A DNA stretch of 64,000 nt from an uncultured Chloroflexia bacterium. GTDB lineage: Bacteria > Chloroflexota > Anaerolineae > JAAEKA01. Position numbers and translations under genes: made by a program. The DNA lies in NCBI GenBank assembly GCA_963709505.1, contig CAVPXC010000012.1:93356-157355 (forward strand), read 5' to 3'. Below the pieces are notes generated by a model. That model saw only the letters and a list, made by a program, of their open reading frames with translations, did no database searches and was not told where the DNA came from. This document shows positions 47,712 through 55,763 of this stretch, piece by piece. Numbering within the stretch: the stretch's first letter is position 1; the number at the start of each line of letters is the position of its first letter.

Positions 47712-48680
47712 ATGAAGGCACATGGCGTTATGATGATAAGCGTGCGACCTGTTGATCCTGCTGCCGACTTGGCACGCATTGCCGAGTTGACCAATGCCGT
47801 GCATCCAAACTCGGAGACAGAGGAACTGCTGCGAGAAGATCTTAGCGCGCCAGATGGACGGGCGCTTTATGCGGAGTTTGGTCGCCAGTGTGCCGGACGA
47901 ACCGGTTGCGGGCTATGCGCTGGTAGATCACGTTCCCTGGCAGCCCGCAGGCCGGTTTTGGCTGTGGGTCACTACAGATATCCGTTGGCGCGGCCAAGGT
48001 ATCGGTTCGATGTTGTTTGCACGAGCGCTTACGCTAGCCACCGAACAGCGTGCCGCTATTCTCGCTACTCAAGTGCGGGATGACCAACCTGAAAGCCTCG
48101 CATTTGCCGAACGCCGCAACTTCCACGTCGAGCGGCACATCTTTGAATCCGTGATCGACCTATCGATCTTCGACCAGAGTCGATTCACGGGCTTAATAGA
48201 AGATATAGAGGCCACCGGTATCCGGTTCTTTTCCCTGGGCGACGCAGGTAATACGCGGGAGGCCTTGCGCGCGCTGTGGGAGGTCAACTACCGCGTCTGT
48301 ACTCGACGACCCGGCATCCACGGGGAGCTTTTCCTCCTTCGAGGATTTCAGCCAAGTCGTGGGCCAGGCCTCCTGGTTCGACCCTTCGGGCCAGATCATG
48401 GCCGCCGACGGCGAGACGATTGTTGGTCTCGGTGCGGTTGGGTATTTCCCGGAGAACTCGTAGCGCCAGGAATATGATCACCGGCGTCGAGCGCGCCTAC
48501 CGAGGGCGTCACATCGCGTTGGCGCTGAAGCTCCTTGGTATTCGCTACGCGAAAGCCAGGGGTGCGCTCACGATCCGCACCAACAACGACTCGCAAAACG
48601 TGCCTATGCTTGCCGTCAACCGCAAGCTGGGCTACCGACCCGAACCGGGTATATACCGGCTAATCAGACAATTCGCCTAG
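47712..48680 (+). pseudogene. tandem-GNAT N-acetyltransferase, split across three frames (at least 3 indels near 47870, 48300 and 48465)
   Basis: Domain 1 runs VAGYALVDHVPWQPAGRFWLWVTTDIRWRGQGIGSMLFARAL. Domain 2 runs in two further frames: ...FEDFSQVVGQASWFDPSGQIMAADGETIVGLGAVGYFPENS* and then NMITGVERAYRGRHIALALKLLGIRYAKARG. Confidence 0.65.
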
Positions 48681-48688
48681 CTGGTTAT

Positions 48689-48780
48689 GTCGTGCTGAGA
48701 CCCCGCATCCCGCGGGCGGTATTCGCAAACGAATGACATGGTATGTCATGAGTAGACCCCGCATCCCGCGGGGCATGAGG
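48689..48780. repeat. dispersed repeat family B, inverted copy, plus a duplicated ACCCCGCATCCCGCGGG motif
   Basis: gtcgtgctgagaccccgcatcccgcgggcggtattcgcaaacgaatgacatggtatgtcatgagtag is about 90% identical to the reverse complement of 12092..12160. Confidence 0.7.
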
Positions 48781-48823
48781 AACTCAGAATGACACCAAAG
48801 AACATAACACGAAAGGAAACAAC

Positions 48824-49846
48824 ATGCGTTACAAACTTTTCGGCAAGAGCGGCCTGCGGGTCTCAGAACTGGCGTTGGGAACAATGACGTTCGGCGAAGA
48901 CTGGGGCTGGGGCGCGTCGAAAGAGGTCAGCCAACAGATCTTCGATGCCTATGCCGCGGCCGGTGGCAACTTCGTCGACACGGCCAATCGCTACACCGAA
49001 GGCGCCAGCGAACGCTTTGTCGGCGAATTCGTCGCCGCCGACCGCGAACACTTCGTGGTCGCCACCAAATACACGCTCAAGACGCGCACCGGCGACCCCA
49101 ACGCCGCCGGCAACCACCGCAAAAACATGGTGCAAGCGCTTGAGGCCAGTCTGAAGCGATTGAACATGGATTATGTCGATGTCTTTTGGCTTCATGCCTG
49201 GGACTTCATGACCCCCGTCGACGAGGTCATGCGCGGCCTGGACGACCTGGTGCGCGCCGGCAAGGTGCTCTACGTCGGCATCTCCGACACCCCAGCCTGG
49301 GTCGTGGCCCAAGCCAACACCCTCGCCGAGCTGCGCGGCTGGTCGCGCTTCGCCGGCCTGCAGATCCGCTACAGCCTGGCCGACCGCGCGGCCGAACGCG
49401 AGCTGCTCCCCATGGCTCGCGCACTCGATCTGGCCGTCACCCCTTGGAGCGTGCTGGGCGCCGGCGTGCTGACCGGCAAGTACAACAAGGACGCGGCAGC
49501 CACGGGTCGCGTCGCACAATGGGGCGCCTCCCAGCGTGACCTGGCTCTCGCCGATACGGTGCTGCAGGTCGCGACAGAGACCGGTTGCTCGCCGTCGCAA
49601 GTTGCCATCAACTGGGTCCGCCAAAAGCCGGGCGTCATCATCCCGATCCTTGGCGCCACCAAGCTCGCCCAGCTGACCGATAACCTCGACTGCCTGGCGC
49701 ATCCCCTCGACGAAGCCCAAATCACCCGGCTCGACACAGACAGTCAAATCGAACTAGGCTTTCCCCACGACTTCTTGTCCTCGGGCAACGTCCGCGACAT
49801 GGTCTTTGCCGGAACGTTCGATCAGATCGATAACCACCGGGTGTAG
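48824..49846 (+). CDS. aldo/keto reductase
   Basis: Sequence MRYKLFGKSGLRVSELALGTMTFGEDWGWG...NFVDTANRY. Typical AKR N-terminus. Confidence 0.85.
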   Translation: MRYKLFGKSGLRVSELALGTMTFGEDWGWGASKEVSQQIFDAYAAAGGNFVDTANRYTEGASERFVGEFVAADREHFVVATKYTLKTRTGDPNAAGNHRKNMVQALEASLKRLNMDYVDVFWLHAWDFMTPVDEVMRGLDDLVRAGKVLYVGISDTPAWVVAQANTLAELRGWSRFAGLQIRYSLADRAAERELLPMARALDLAVTPWSVLGAGVLTGKYNKDAAATGRVAQWGASQRDLALADTVLQVATETGCSPSQVAINWVRQKPGVIIPILGATKLAQLTDNLDCLAHPLDEAQITRLDTDSQIELGFPHDFLSSGNVRDMVFAGTFDQIDNHRV

Positions 49847-49851
49847 CAGTG

Positions 49852-49950
49852 GAGGGTGGAGAGTGGAGGGTGGAGGGTGGAGGGTGGAGGGTCCGAAGCA
49901 GATGTTCCGCGGCCAGCTCCCCACCCTCCACCCTCCACCCTCCACTGATT
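49852..49950. repeat. heptamer-repeat hairpin element (GGAGGGT x6 / CCACCCT x4)
   Basis: gtggagggtggagagtggagggtggagggtggagggtggagggtccgaagcagatgttccgcggccagctccccaccctccaccctccaccctccac. Confidence 0.8.
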
Positions 49951-50658
49951 TTACCAGGAAATCAACTCGCGATCCCGAAAAAACCCACCACTCGGCCCCC
50001 CGTCCGGCAGCGTCGCAAGCCAAACGATGCTGTCGGCGCCTTGCTCGATGCTACGCGGCGCGGCGGGCCCACCCATCTCGGTTCGAACCGAGCCCGGACA
50101 GGCCGCGTTGACCAGCACGTTGCTGCCGCGCGTCGCGTCGGCTAACATCAACGTAAGCCCGTTGAGTGCGAGCTTCGACAGCCGGTAGGACGGCATGTCT
50201 CCAACCATGCTCGAGATCTGCCCGGCGCCGGAGGAGACGTTCACTACCCGCCCGAAGCCCCGTTCCACCATACCCGGAACGATTTCCTGGCACAACATTA
50301 AGGGACCGAACAGGTTGGTGTCCAGTGTCGCGTGATAGACCGCCTGCTCAACCTCCATCACCCCTCGCCCTTCGTCGGGATAGACGGCCGCGTTGTTGAC
50401 CAAGACGTCAGCGCCGCCGAAATTGCGCTCGACGTAGTGTTTCAAGTCCTTGATCTGCCGCTGACTGGTGACGTTGAGGGGGCGAAAGACGATTTCTCCT
50501 CCCTCGCGTTTGAGCCGCTCGGCTGCCTCCAATCCCTGGTTGACCTTACGGCTGGTCAGGACGACGCAGTAGCCGAGCCCCGCCAACTGGCGGCACACCT
50601 CGAAGCCAATCCCGCGATTTCCACCGGTGACGATCGCCGTGCGCATCTGCCTGTCCAT
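49951..50658 (-). CDS. SDR-family oxidoreductase
   Basis: Motif TAIVTGGNRGIGFEV. Sequences NAAV and YRLSK (YxxxK). Confidence 0.8.
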   Translation of the reverse strand: MDRQMRTAIVTGGNRGIGFEVCRQLAGLGYCVVLTSRKVNQGLEAAERLKREGGEIVFRPLNVTSQRQIKDLKHYVERNFGGADVLVNNAAVYPDEGRGVMEVEQAVYHATLDTNLFGPLMLCQEIVPGMVERGFGRVVNVSSGAGQISSMVGDMPSYRLSKLALNGLTLMLADATRGSNVLVNAACPGSVRTEMGGPAAPRSIEQGADSIVWLATLPDGGPSGGFFRDRELISW

Positions 50659-50667
50659 GGCCTCAAG

Positions 50668-51075
50668 CTACTCTTCTTTCGGTGTTGCCGGGGCGAATTG
50701 AAGCGCGTCGGAGTTGATGCAAAAGCGTTTACCGGTGGGCTGCGGGCCATCGTCGAAGACGTGACCCAGGTGGCCGCCACAGCGGTTGCAAACCACCTCA
50801 GTACGGACCATAAAGTGGCTGATGTCGCGCTTGGTCTCCACCGCCTCCGGATCGACGGGCTCCCAGTAGCTGGGCCAGCCCGAGCCGGATTCGTACTTGG
50901 TGTCAGAGCTAAACAGCTGGGCGCCGCAGCCGGCGCACAAGTAGGCGCCGGCCGTCTGGTTGTGATAGTACTTGCCGGTGCCTGGCCGCTCCGTGCCTTT
51001 TTGGCGCAAGATATTGTACTGCTCGGGCGTCAGCGTCTGGCGCCACTCGGCATCTGATTTTATCGTCTTCTCCAT
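50668..51075 (-). CDS. msrB: peptide-methionine (R)-S-oxide reductase MsrB
   Basis: Zn-binding CxxC pairs ([21 protein letters not shown]) and the catalytic region RFCINS. Confidence 0.85.
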   Translation of the reverse strand: MEKTIKSDAEWRQTLTPEQYNILRQKGTERPGTGKYYHNQTAGAYLCAGCGAQLFSSDTKYESGSGWPSYWEPVDPEAVETKRDISHFMVRTEVVCNRCGGHLGHVFDDGPQPTGKRFCINSDALQFAPATPKEE

Positions 51076-51086
51076 AGCATATTGCT

Positions 51087-51195
51087 CCTGAAAAGCTGAC
51101 TACTCACCTGTCATTCCCGCGGAAGCGGAAAATCAGCCCAAGCAAGCTAGATTCTCGCTTGCGCGGGAATGACGGGTGAGCAGTTACCTGAAAAG
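51087..51195. mobile_element. MITE-like element: ~90-bp body with ~27-bp imperfect terminal inverted repeats, flanked by a 9-bp direct repeat CCTGAAAAG (candidate target-site duplication)
   Basis: Left TIR gctgactactcacctgtcattcccgcg. Reverse complement of the right TIR ggtaactgctcacccgtcattcccgcg. Direct repeats at 51087..51095 and 51187..51195. Confidence 0.55.
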
Positions 51196-51218
51196 TTTCA
51201 AACGCTGCCGCGTATTCC

Positions 51219-51879
51219 TCAGCGGTAGACTATTTCCCGCTGCCATTGGCCTTGCGGTTCACAGTGCAGCTGCCAATAGACGTCAGCTATCCGGTCGGGA
51301 TCAAACAAAGTACCTGGCTGAACCATGCCGGCAATGGTCACGGTCGCCACGTGAATGCCTGCCGGCTCCAGCTCAGCGGCCAGACTGAAGACCAAGTTGC
51401 GCAGACCGGCCTTGCCCACGGCTAAGGCAGCCGCTTGCGGCCATGGATTGAGCGCCAACCCACCTCCGGTGAACAGCATCGTTCCGGCCCCTGCCGTCCG
51501 CATCTGGGGAAACACCTGCTGGGAGGCAACCAACGCCCCGACCACATTGGAGCGAAAGGCCTCGACCAACTGCTCGCCATCCAACGTCGAGGGAGCGCCC
51601 GGAGCGTTTGCGGCGACGTTGTAGACCAGGACCGCTGTCGGGCCCAGATGGTTGGTGATACGCTCAAACGCTCCGCGCAAGGATTGGGCTTCGCCGGCAT
51701 CGGCGGCAAAGCCAAAGGAACTCGACGCCGCCAGCGGAGAGCTCTGCCTGATAATCTGCCAGAGCTTCCTCGCGCCGGGCAATCAATGCGACCCGAAAGC
51801 CTTCTCGACCAAAACGCCGGGCTACGGCCAGGCTGACGCCCGGTCCTGCACCGACGATAGTGCATAGTTTGGTGTTCAT
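51219..51879 (-). CDS. SDR-family oxidoreductase, with an apparent frameshift near 51750
   Basis: The N-terminus MNTKLCTIVGAGPGVSLAVARRFGREGFRVALIARREEALADYQAEL (ORF 51664..51879) continues in another frame (ORF 51219..51782) with ...VYNVAANAP... Confidence 0.6.
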
Positions 51880-51887
51880 TTCGTCCT

Positions 51888-52574
51888 TTAGAGGCCCTCA
51901 GCCTTGAAGCCAATGTCCTTGTGGGTACCGTCGCAGAACGGCTTGTTGTGCGAGCCGCCGCAGCGGCATAGGAAGGCACGGTTGCCCTCAAACGCAATCA
52001 GGCCGTCGGCGCTGGACAACCCCAAGTCGCCTTCGATCTTGATCGAGCCGTCGGCCGTCGGAATAACAATCAACCTACCGCCAGTTTGGATCGTGTCGAT
52101 CAGGCGAACCCTGTTTTCTCCAAGCGCTCCGGAGTTTGCAAACCCGATACGAACGTGACTGTTGTCGCAGAACGGCTTGTTGTGCGAATCGCCGCAGCGG
52201 CAAAGCGCCATGCGCGTATCCTGCACCACGGCGCCATCGACCAGGCGCAGCTCAATGTCGCCGCGCAGGTACAAGGGGCCGCGGTCGCGTAAGCAAATCG
52301 TATTTTGCTCAGGCGCGCCCTCGGCTGCGCCGCCGTCTTTACGCTCAAAGTGCAACGCGCCGGTGGGACAACGCATTATCACCTCGGCAACTGCGTCCGC
52401 CGCAGCGTTGGCCGGCTGGATCCACGGCCGTTTGCCGGTATCGAACACGCCCGGCAACCCGCGCACGCATTCGGCGGCATGCGTACATCGTTCGGCGTCG
52501 TAGGTAACGACGATGTCATCACTCCAGTATGCTTTTACCTTAGCGGTCATGGGGTTTTGTCCTTCTCTGGCCAT
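51888..52574 (-). CDS. CDGSH-type iron-sulfur domain protein (two CDGSH motifs) with an N-terminal Cys-rich domain
   Basis: Motifs CRCGDSHNKPFCDNSH and CRCGGSHNKPFCDGTH. N-terminal ERCTHAAECVRG...MRCPTGAL. Confidence 0.8.
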   Translation of the reverse strand: MAREGQNPMTAKVKAYWSDDIVVTYDAERCTHAAECVRGLPGVFDTGKRPWIQPANAAADAVAEVIMRCPTGALHFERKDGGAAEGAPEQNTICLRDRGPLYLRGDIELRLVDGAVVQDTRMALCRCGDSHNKPFCDNSHVRIGFANSGALGENRVRLIDTIQTGGRLIVIPTADGSIKIEGDLGLSSADGLIAFEGNRAFLCRCGGSHNKPFCDGTHKDIGFKAEGL

Positions 52575-52585
52575 TCAACGTTTTT

Positions 52586-52671
52586 GATCCTCAGATCGGT
52601 CCGGTCCCCGAAGACCGGACCGATCTGAGGATCAAGTGCGATCGGTCCGGTCTTCGGGGACCGGACCGATC
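52586..52671. repeat. two consecutive perfect palindromes (48 bp: GATCCTCAGATCGGTCCGGTCC-CCGA-AGACCGGACCGATCTGAGGATC; 32 bp: GATCGGTCCGGTC-TTCGGG-GACCGGACCGATC) sharing the core GATCGGTCCGGTC
   Basis: Read directly from the sequence. Located between two minus-strand genes. Confidence 0.7.
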
Positions 52672-52677
52672 TCCTCG

Positions 52678-53298
52678 TCAACTGATCGCCGGCGCCTTGT
52701 AGAGGTAAGTCGAATCGGTAAGCTGCTTGAGCACAAACGCCGCCACGTCGGCGCGGGAGACCTGACCGGCGCCAATCTCAGGGTCGAGGCCGGACTTGTA
52801 GCTGCCGGCGGCGGGACCGTCGGTCAATCCGCCCGGGCGGATGATGGTCCAATCGAGGCCACTGGCCTTGATCACCTGCTCCTGGCGCTCCTTGTCCTCC
52901 ATCGGCTTCCTGAGCACGCTCTTCATCAACATCTTGAAGGCGAATGACACCTGATCCTTGCTCTCGCCCACGCCCAGCGAGCTAACGATGATGATTCGGC
53001 GCGGCTGCCCGAGCCGCTTCATGGCGTCGACGATTGCCTGCGTTCCTTGTGAGACAATATAATCCGGATTGGAGTCGGTGTTGCCCAGCGAGACGATAAC
53101 AGCCTCGGCGTCTTGCAGGGTTTCGTCGACTTTGGCGGCGTCGAGCACGTTGCCCGTGACGACGGCTAAGTTGGCATTGTTTAGGCCAAGCTTCGCAGGA
53201 TCCCGCACCAACACGATTACCTGGTCCCCTGCGGCCAGCGCTTGCTGGACCACTTGTTTGCCCGTGCCGCCGGTGGCGCCAAAAACAGCGATCTTCAT
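52678..53298 (-). CDS. NAD(P)H-binding (NmrA/SDR-like, atypical) oxidoreductase
   Basis: Sequence MKIAVFGATGGTGKQVVQQALAAGDQVIVLVRDPAKL. Confidence 0.75.
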   Translation of the reverse strand: MKIAVFGATGGTGKQVVQQALAAGDQVIVLVRDPAKLGLNNANLAVVTGNVLDAAKVDETLQDAEAVIVSLGNTDSNPDYIVSQGTQAIVDAMKRLGQPRRIIIVSSLGVGESKDQVSFAFKMLMKSVLRKPMEDKERQEQVIKASGLDWTIIRPGGLTDGPAAGSYKSGLDPEIGAGQVSRADVAAFVLKQLTDSTYLYKAPAIS

Positions 53299-53313
53299 GG
53301 TCTTTTTCTCCTA

Positions 53314-53670
53314 CTATTCTTCTCGGTCTTGCGTCTCAGCCGCCCGGCGACTTTTTTGTTGCCGTGCGATCTCGTATGAGTCGGACAGCAAAGCGATCGC
53401 CCGATCGACGTCAGCCGGTTGCCGGAGGTAAAAGCTGATCCACCCGGTTTCGGGCAGCAGATGATGCGGTTCGGCCCGTCCGGCGGCGACCACGGCGTCC
53501 CGCACCTTCTTCGGAAACGGGATATCGAGCATGTGATCGCCATGAAGATGCCCGATCTCACGCGTGTCCAGCCGATATTCCGTACCGCCAAACCGATGCG
53601 GCGCGGCGGTCATGCTGTCCCAACTCAACACGGCCCGCGTGATCTCCTCATTTGCACCAGTCACTGCCAT
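53314..53670 (-). CDS. hypothetical protein (small alpha/beta protein). Possibly luciferase-like/DUF family.
   Basis: 118-aa ORF with good codon usage. Sequence HRFGGTEYRLDTREIGHLHGDHMLDIPFP. Confidence 0.4.
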   Translation of the reverse strand: MAVTGANEEITRAVLSWDSMTAAPHRFGGTEYRLDTREIGHLHGDHMLDIPFPKKVRDAVVAAGRAEPHHLLPETGWISFYLRQPADVDRAIALLSDSYEIARQQKSRRAAETQDREE

Positions 53671-53724
53671 AGATATCCATCCGCCTCCTTCAGCGCCAAC
53701 TGTTCACTGTTCACTGTTCACTGT

Positions 53725-54570
53725 TCACTGCCCCAGCTCTGCAAACAAATCATCCATCACCAAACTCTTCTGCTCCACCGGCCAGGCCAACGCATAGGCC
53801 TCGCGGCTCAGCATCTGCTTGAGCGCATCGTCGGGCAGCTTGCGGAAGAAGCTGTCAGAGCCGAACTGGGTCGCGTGGCACATAAGCGCCGCAAACTTCG
53901 CTTCGACCTGTTCGGCAACGTCGATGACGGCGTCTACCTGATCGTCGGGCCAGCCGAGCTCGCCTTTGTCGATCCGCTCTTGCCAGCCGCCGGCATCTTC
54001 GCCCAGAGAGACCATGCGATCGCGCATTTCCAGAAAGAAGGAGCGGGGAATCACTTGATAAAACAAGCGGCTGGCGTGCCAGGCCTTACCCTGCTCGAGA
54101 AACTGCGACGCGTCAGCAGCGGCGTGAAAGGCCGCCACGGTGTGCCTATGGATGGCCAGATGATCGGGATGGCCATAGCCGCCGTTTGGCTCGAACGTCA
54201 GCACCACCTGCGGCTGCAGCCGGCGGATGATACCCACCAGCCGCGCCACGACCTCGTCGGTGGGGGCGTTGATGTAGGCGCGGGGGTCTTCGTTTTCCGG
54301 CGTGCCAACCATTCCAGAATCGCGATAGTCGAGGAAGATCAGCTCCTGCACACCAAGCATGCCGGCCGCGCAGCGCAGCTCGTCCTGCCGCACCTGCCAG
54401 AGGGTTTCGGGCGTCGCCAGAGCCGAGTCGGCGATCTCGCCCACGTCGCCGTTGGTAGCGCAGACCAGCGCGGTCAGTGTGCCACGGGCAGCGTAATGCG
54501 CCAGGGTCCCGCCGGAACCGAAGGCCTCGTCGTCGGGATGGGCAAAAAGAGCGAGAAGTGTCTTAGTCAC
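53725..54570 (-). CDS. PIG-L/LmbE-family N-acetylglucosaminyl deacetylase (MshB/BshB-like)
   Basis: Hallmark LALFAHPDDEAFGSGGTLA and a downstream His-rich HPDH. Confidence 0.8.
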   Translation of the reverse strand: MTKTLLALFAHPDDEAFGSGGTLAHYAARGTLTALVCATNGDVGEIADSALATPETLWQVRQDELRCAAGMLGVQELIFLDYRDSGMVGTPENEDPRAYINAPTDEVVARLVGIIRRLQPQVVLTFEPNGGYGHPDHLAIHRHTVAAFHAAADASQFLEQGKAWHASRLFYQVIPRSFFLEMRDRMVSLGEDAGGWQERIDKGELGWPDDQVDAVIDVAEQVEAKFAALMCHATQFGSDSFFRKLPDDALKQMLSREAYALAWPVEQKSLVMDDLFAELGQ

Positions 54571-54976
54571 GAGCTGGTTCCTGTTCTTTCAGACTAACGG
54601 CTGCATAGATTTCGCCAAGAAAGCGACTGGGCTTGGTACCGAGCAAGCGGGTGTCGGCAAAGCCGCACCGCAGCGCCAGATCCTGCCACGTCCCGAACGA
54701 TAGCGGATGCGGCACCCATGTGTTACCGCGATTGGCGCCGTACTCCACCAGGATCAACCGGCCGCCTGGCTTGAGATAGCGATGAACGAGCTGCACGATA
54801 GGCTCCTTGCTGCGATGGAAGTGCAACGAGTTAGCCATGATTGTACCGTCCAACGGGGGCAGCGGGAGCCAGCGAGTGAAGTCGGCGGTAAAACTCCGCC
54901 CGGCGCGATCACCCCACCTCGCAGCAAAGTCACATGATCGGTATGGTCCATAACGGATCGATGGCCTTGCAGCCAT
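54563..54976 (-). pseudogene. class I SAM-dependent methyltransferase remnant (only the C-terminal half recognisable)
   Basis: Sequence LHFHRSKEPIVQLVHRYLKPGGRLILVEY resembles the post-motif-II/III region. No Gly-rich motif I upstream. Pieces occur in two frames. Confidence 0.35.
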
Positions 54977-55144
54977 TATACCGGTTATTAGGGGAACCCT
55001 GCGTTATGCGCCTTACACTTAGCACACAAATACAAAAAGCTCGGCATGGTCGAACCGATTGACTTTTTGAAAAGTCTATGGCATTATATAACCATGGTCA
55101 TGGCTATGGCCACCAATCAACTCGCGCTGTCATGGAGGCGCCTC

Positions 55145-55375
55145 ATGCTTACTATCTCCAAGAGCAAGTTAAAAACCCACATGCTGCAGGTTTTTCGTCA
55201 GATCGAGCAGACCGGTGAGGAGGTCATTGTCACCGACAACAATCGTCCTGTGCTTCGAATCCAGCCCTTTGCCCGGAAACCTGGCGTCGACGAGGTGTTC
55301 TCCCCGTATCGCGGCAAGATGGTCTTGCACGAAGATCCGGATACACCCACTGCTGACGAATGGAGCGAAGTCTAA
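55145..55375 (+). CDS. type II antitoxin, Phd/YefM family
   Basis: Sequence MLTISKSKLKTHMLQVFRQIEQTGEEVIVTDNNRPVLRIQPF. Confidence 0.75.
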   Translation: MLTISKSKLKTHMLQVFRQIEQTGEEVIVTDNNRPVLRIQPFARKPGVDEVFSPYRGKMVLHEDPDTPTADEWSEV

Positions 55376-55756
55376 ATGGTGGTGCTTGATACGTCTGCGC
55401 TGCTCTCTTGGACATTTTCTCCAGAGCAGCTTTCTGCAAACGCAGCCAAGGCAATCGAAGAAGCTCAACAAGTCGCCATCAGTTCGATGTCGATCTGGGA
55501 GATTGGTCTCAAAGTGAAGCGCGGCAAACTGGAGCTTCCCCTGTCACCCGACGCATTCGTGCTGAAACTCAAAGAGACAGATAGAATGCGAATCGAACCG
55601 GTTACTGAAGCGACCTGGCTGAAAAACCTGGAGCTGCCCTGGGACCACAAGGATCCGGCCGACCGCACGATTGTAGCCACAGCTGCCCTGTTCAATTGTC
55701 CCCTAATTACTTCTGATCTGGAGATTCGATCATTCTATGCGAATGCTGTGTGGTAG
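55376..55756 (+). CDS. type II toxin, PIN-domain (VapC-like) ribonuclease
   Basis: Sequence MVVLDTSALLSW...SIWEIGLK...TIVATAALFNCPLITSD. Its ATG directly abuts the antitoxin stop (TAAATG). Confidence 0.75.
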   Translation: MVVLDTSALLSWTFSPEQLSANAAKAIEEAQQVAISSMSIWEIGLKVKRGKLELPLSPDAFVLKLKETDRMRIEPVTEATWLKNLELPWDHKDPADRTIVATAALFNCPLITSDLEIRSFYANAVW

Positions 55757-55763
55757 TGTGTGT

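Noticed and set aside
14023-49950. Possible CRISPR arrays (many short direct repeats)
   Set aside because: The repeats are 7 to 8 nt, not 24 to 48 nt. They are contiguous without spacers and paired with their reverse complement to form hairpins. No cas genes are present.
53419-54597. 392-aa plus-strand ORF
   Set aside because: It is antisense to the PIG-L deacetylase gene, which has the AHPDDE hallmark.
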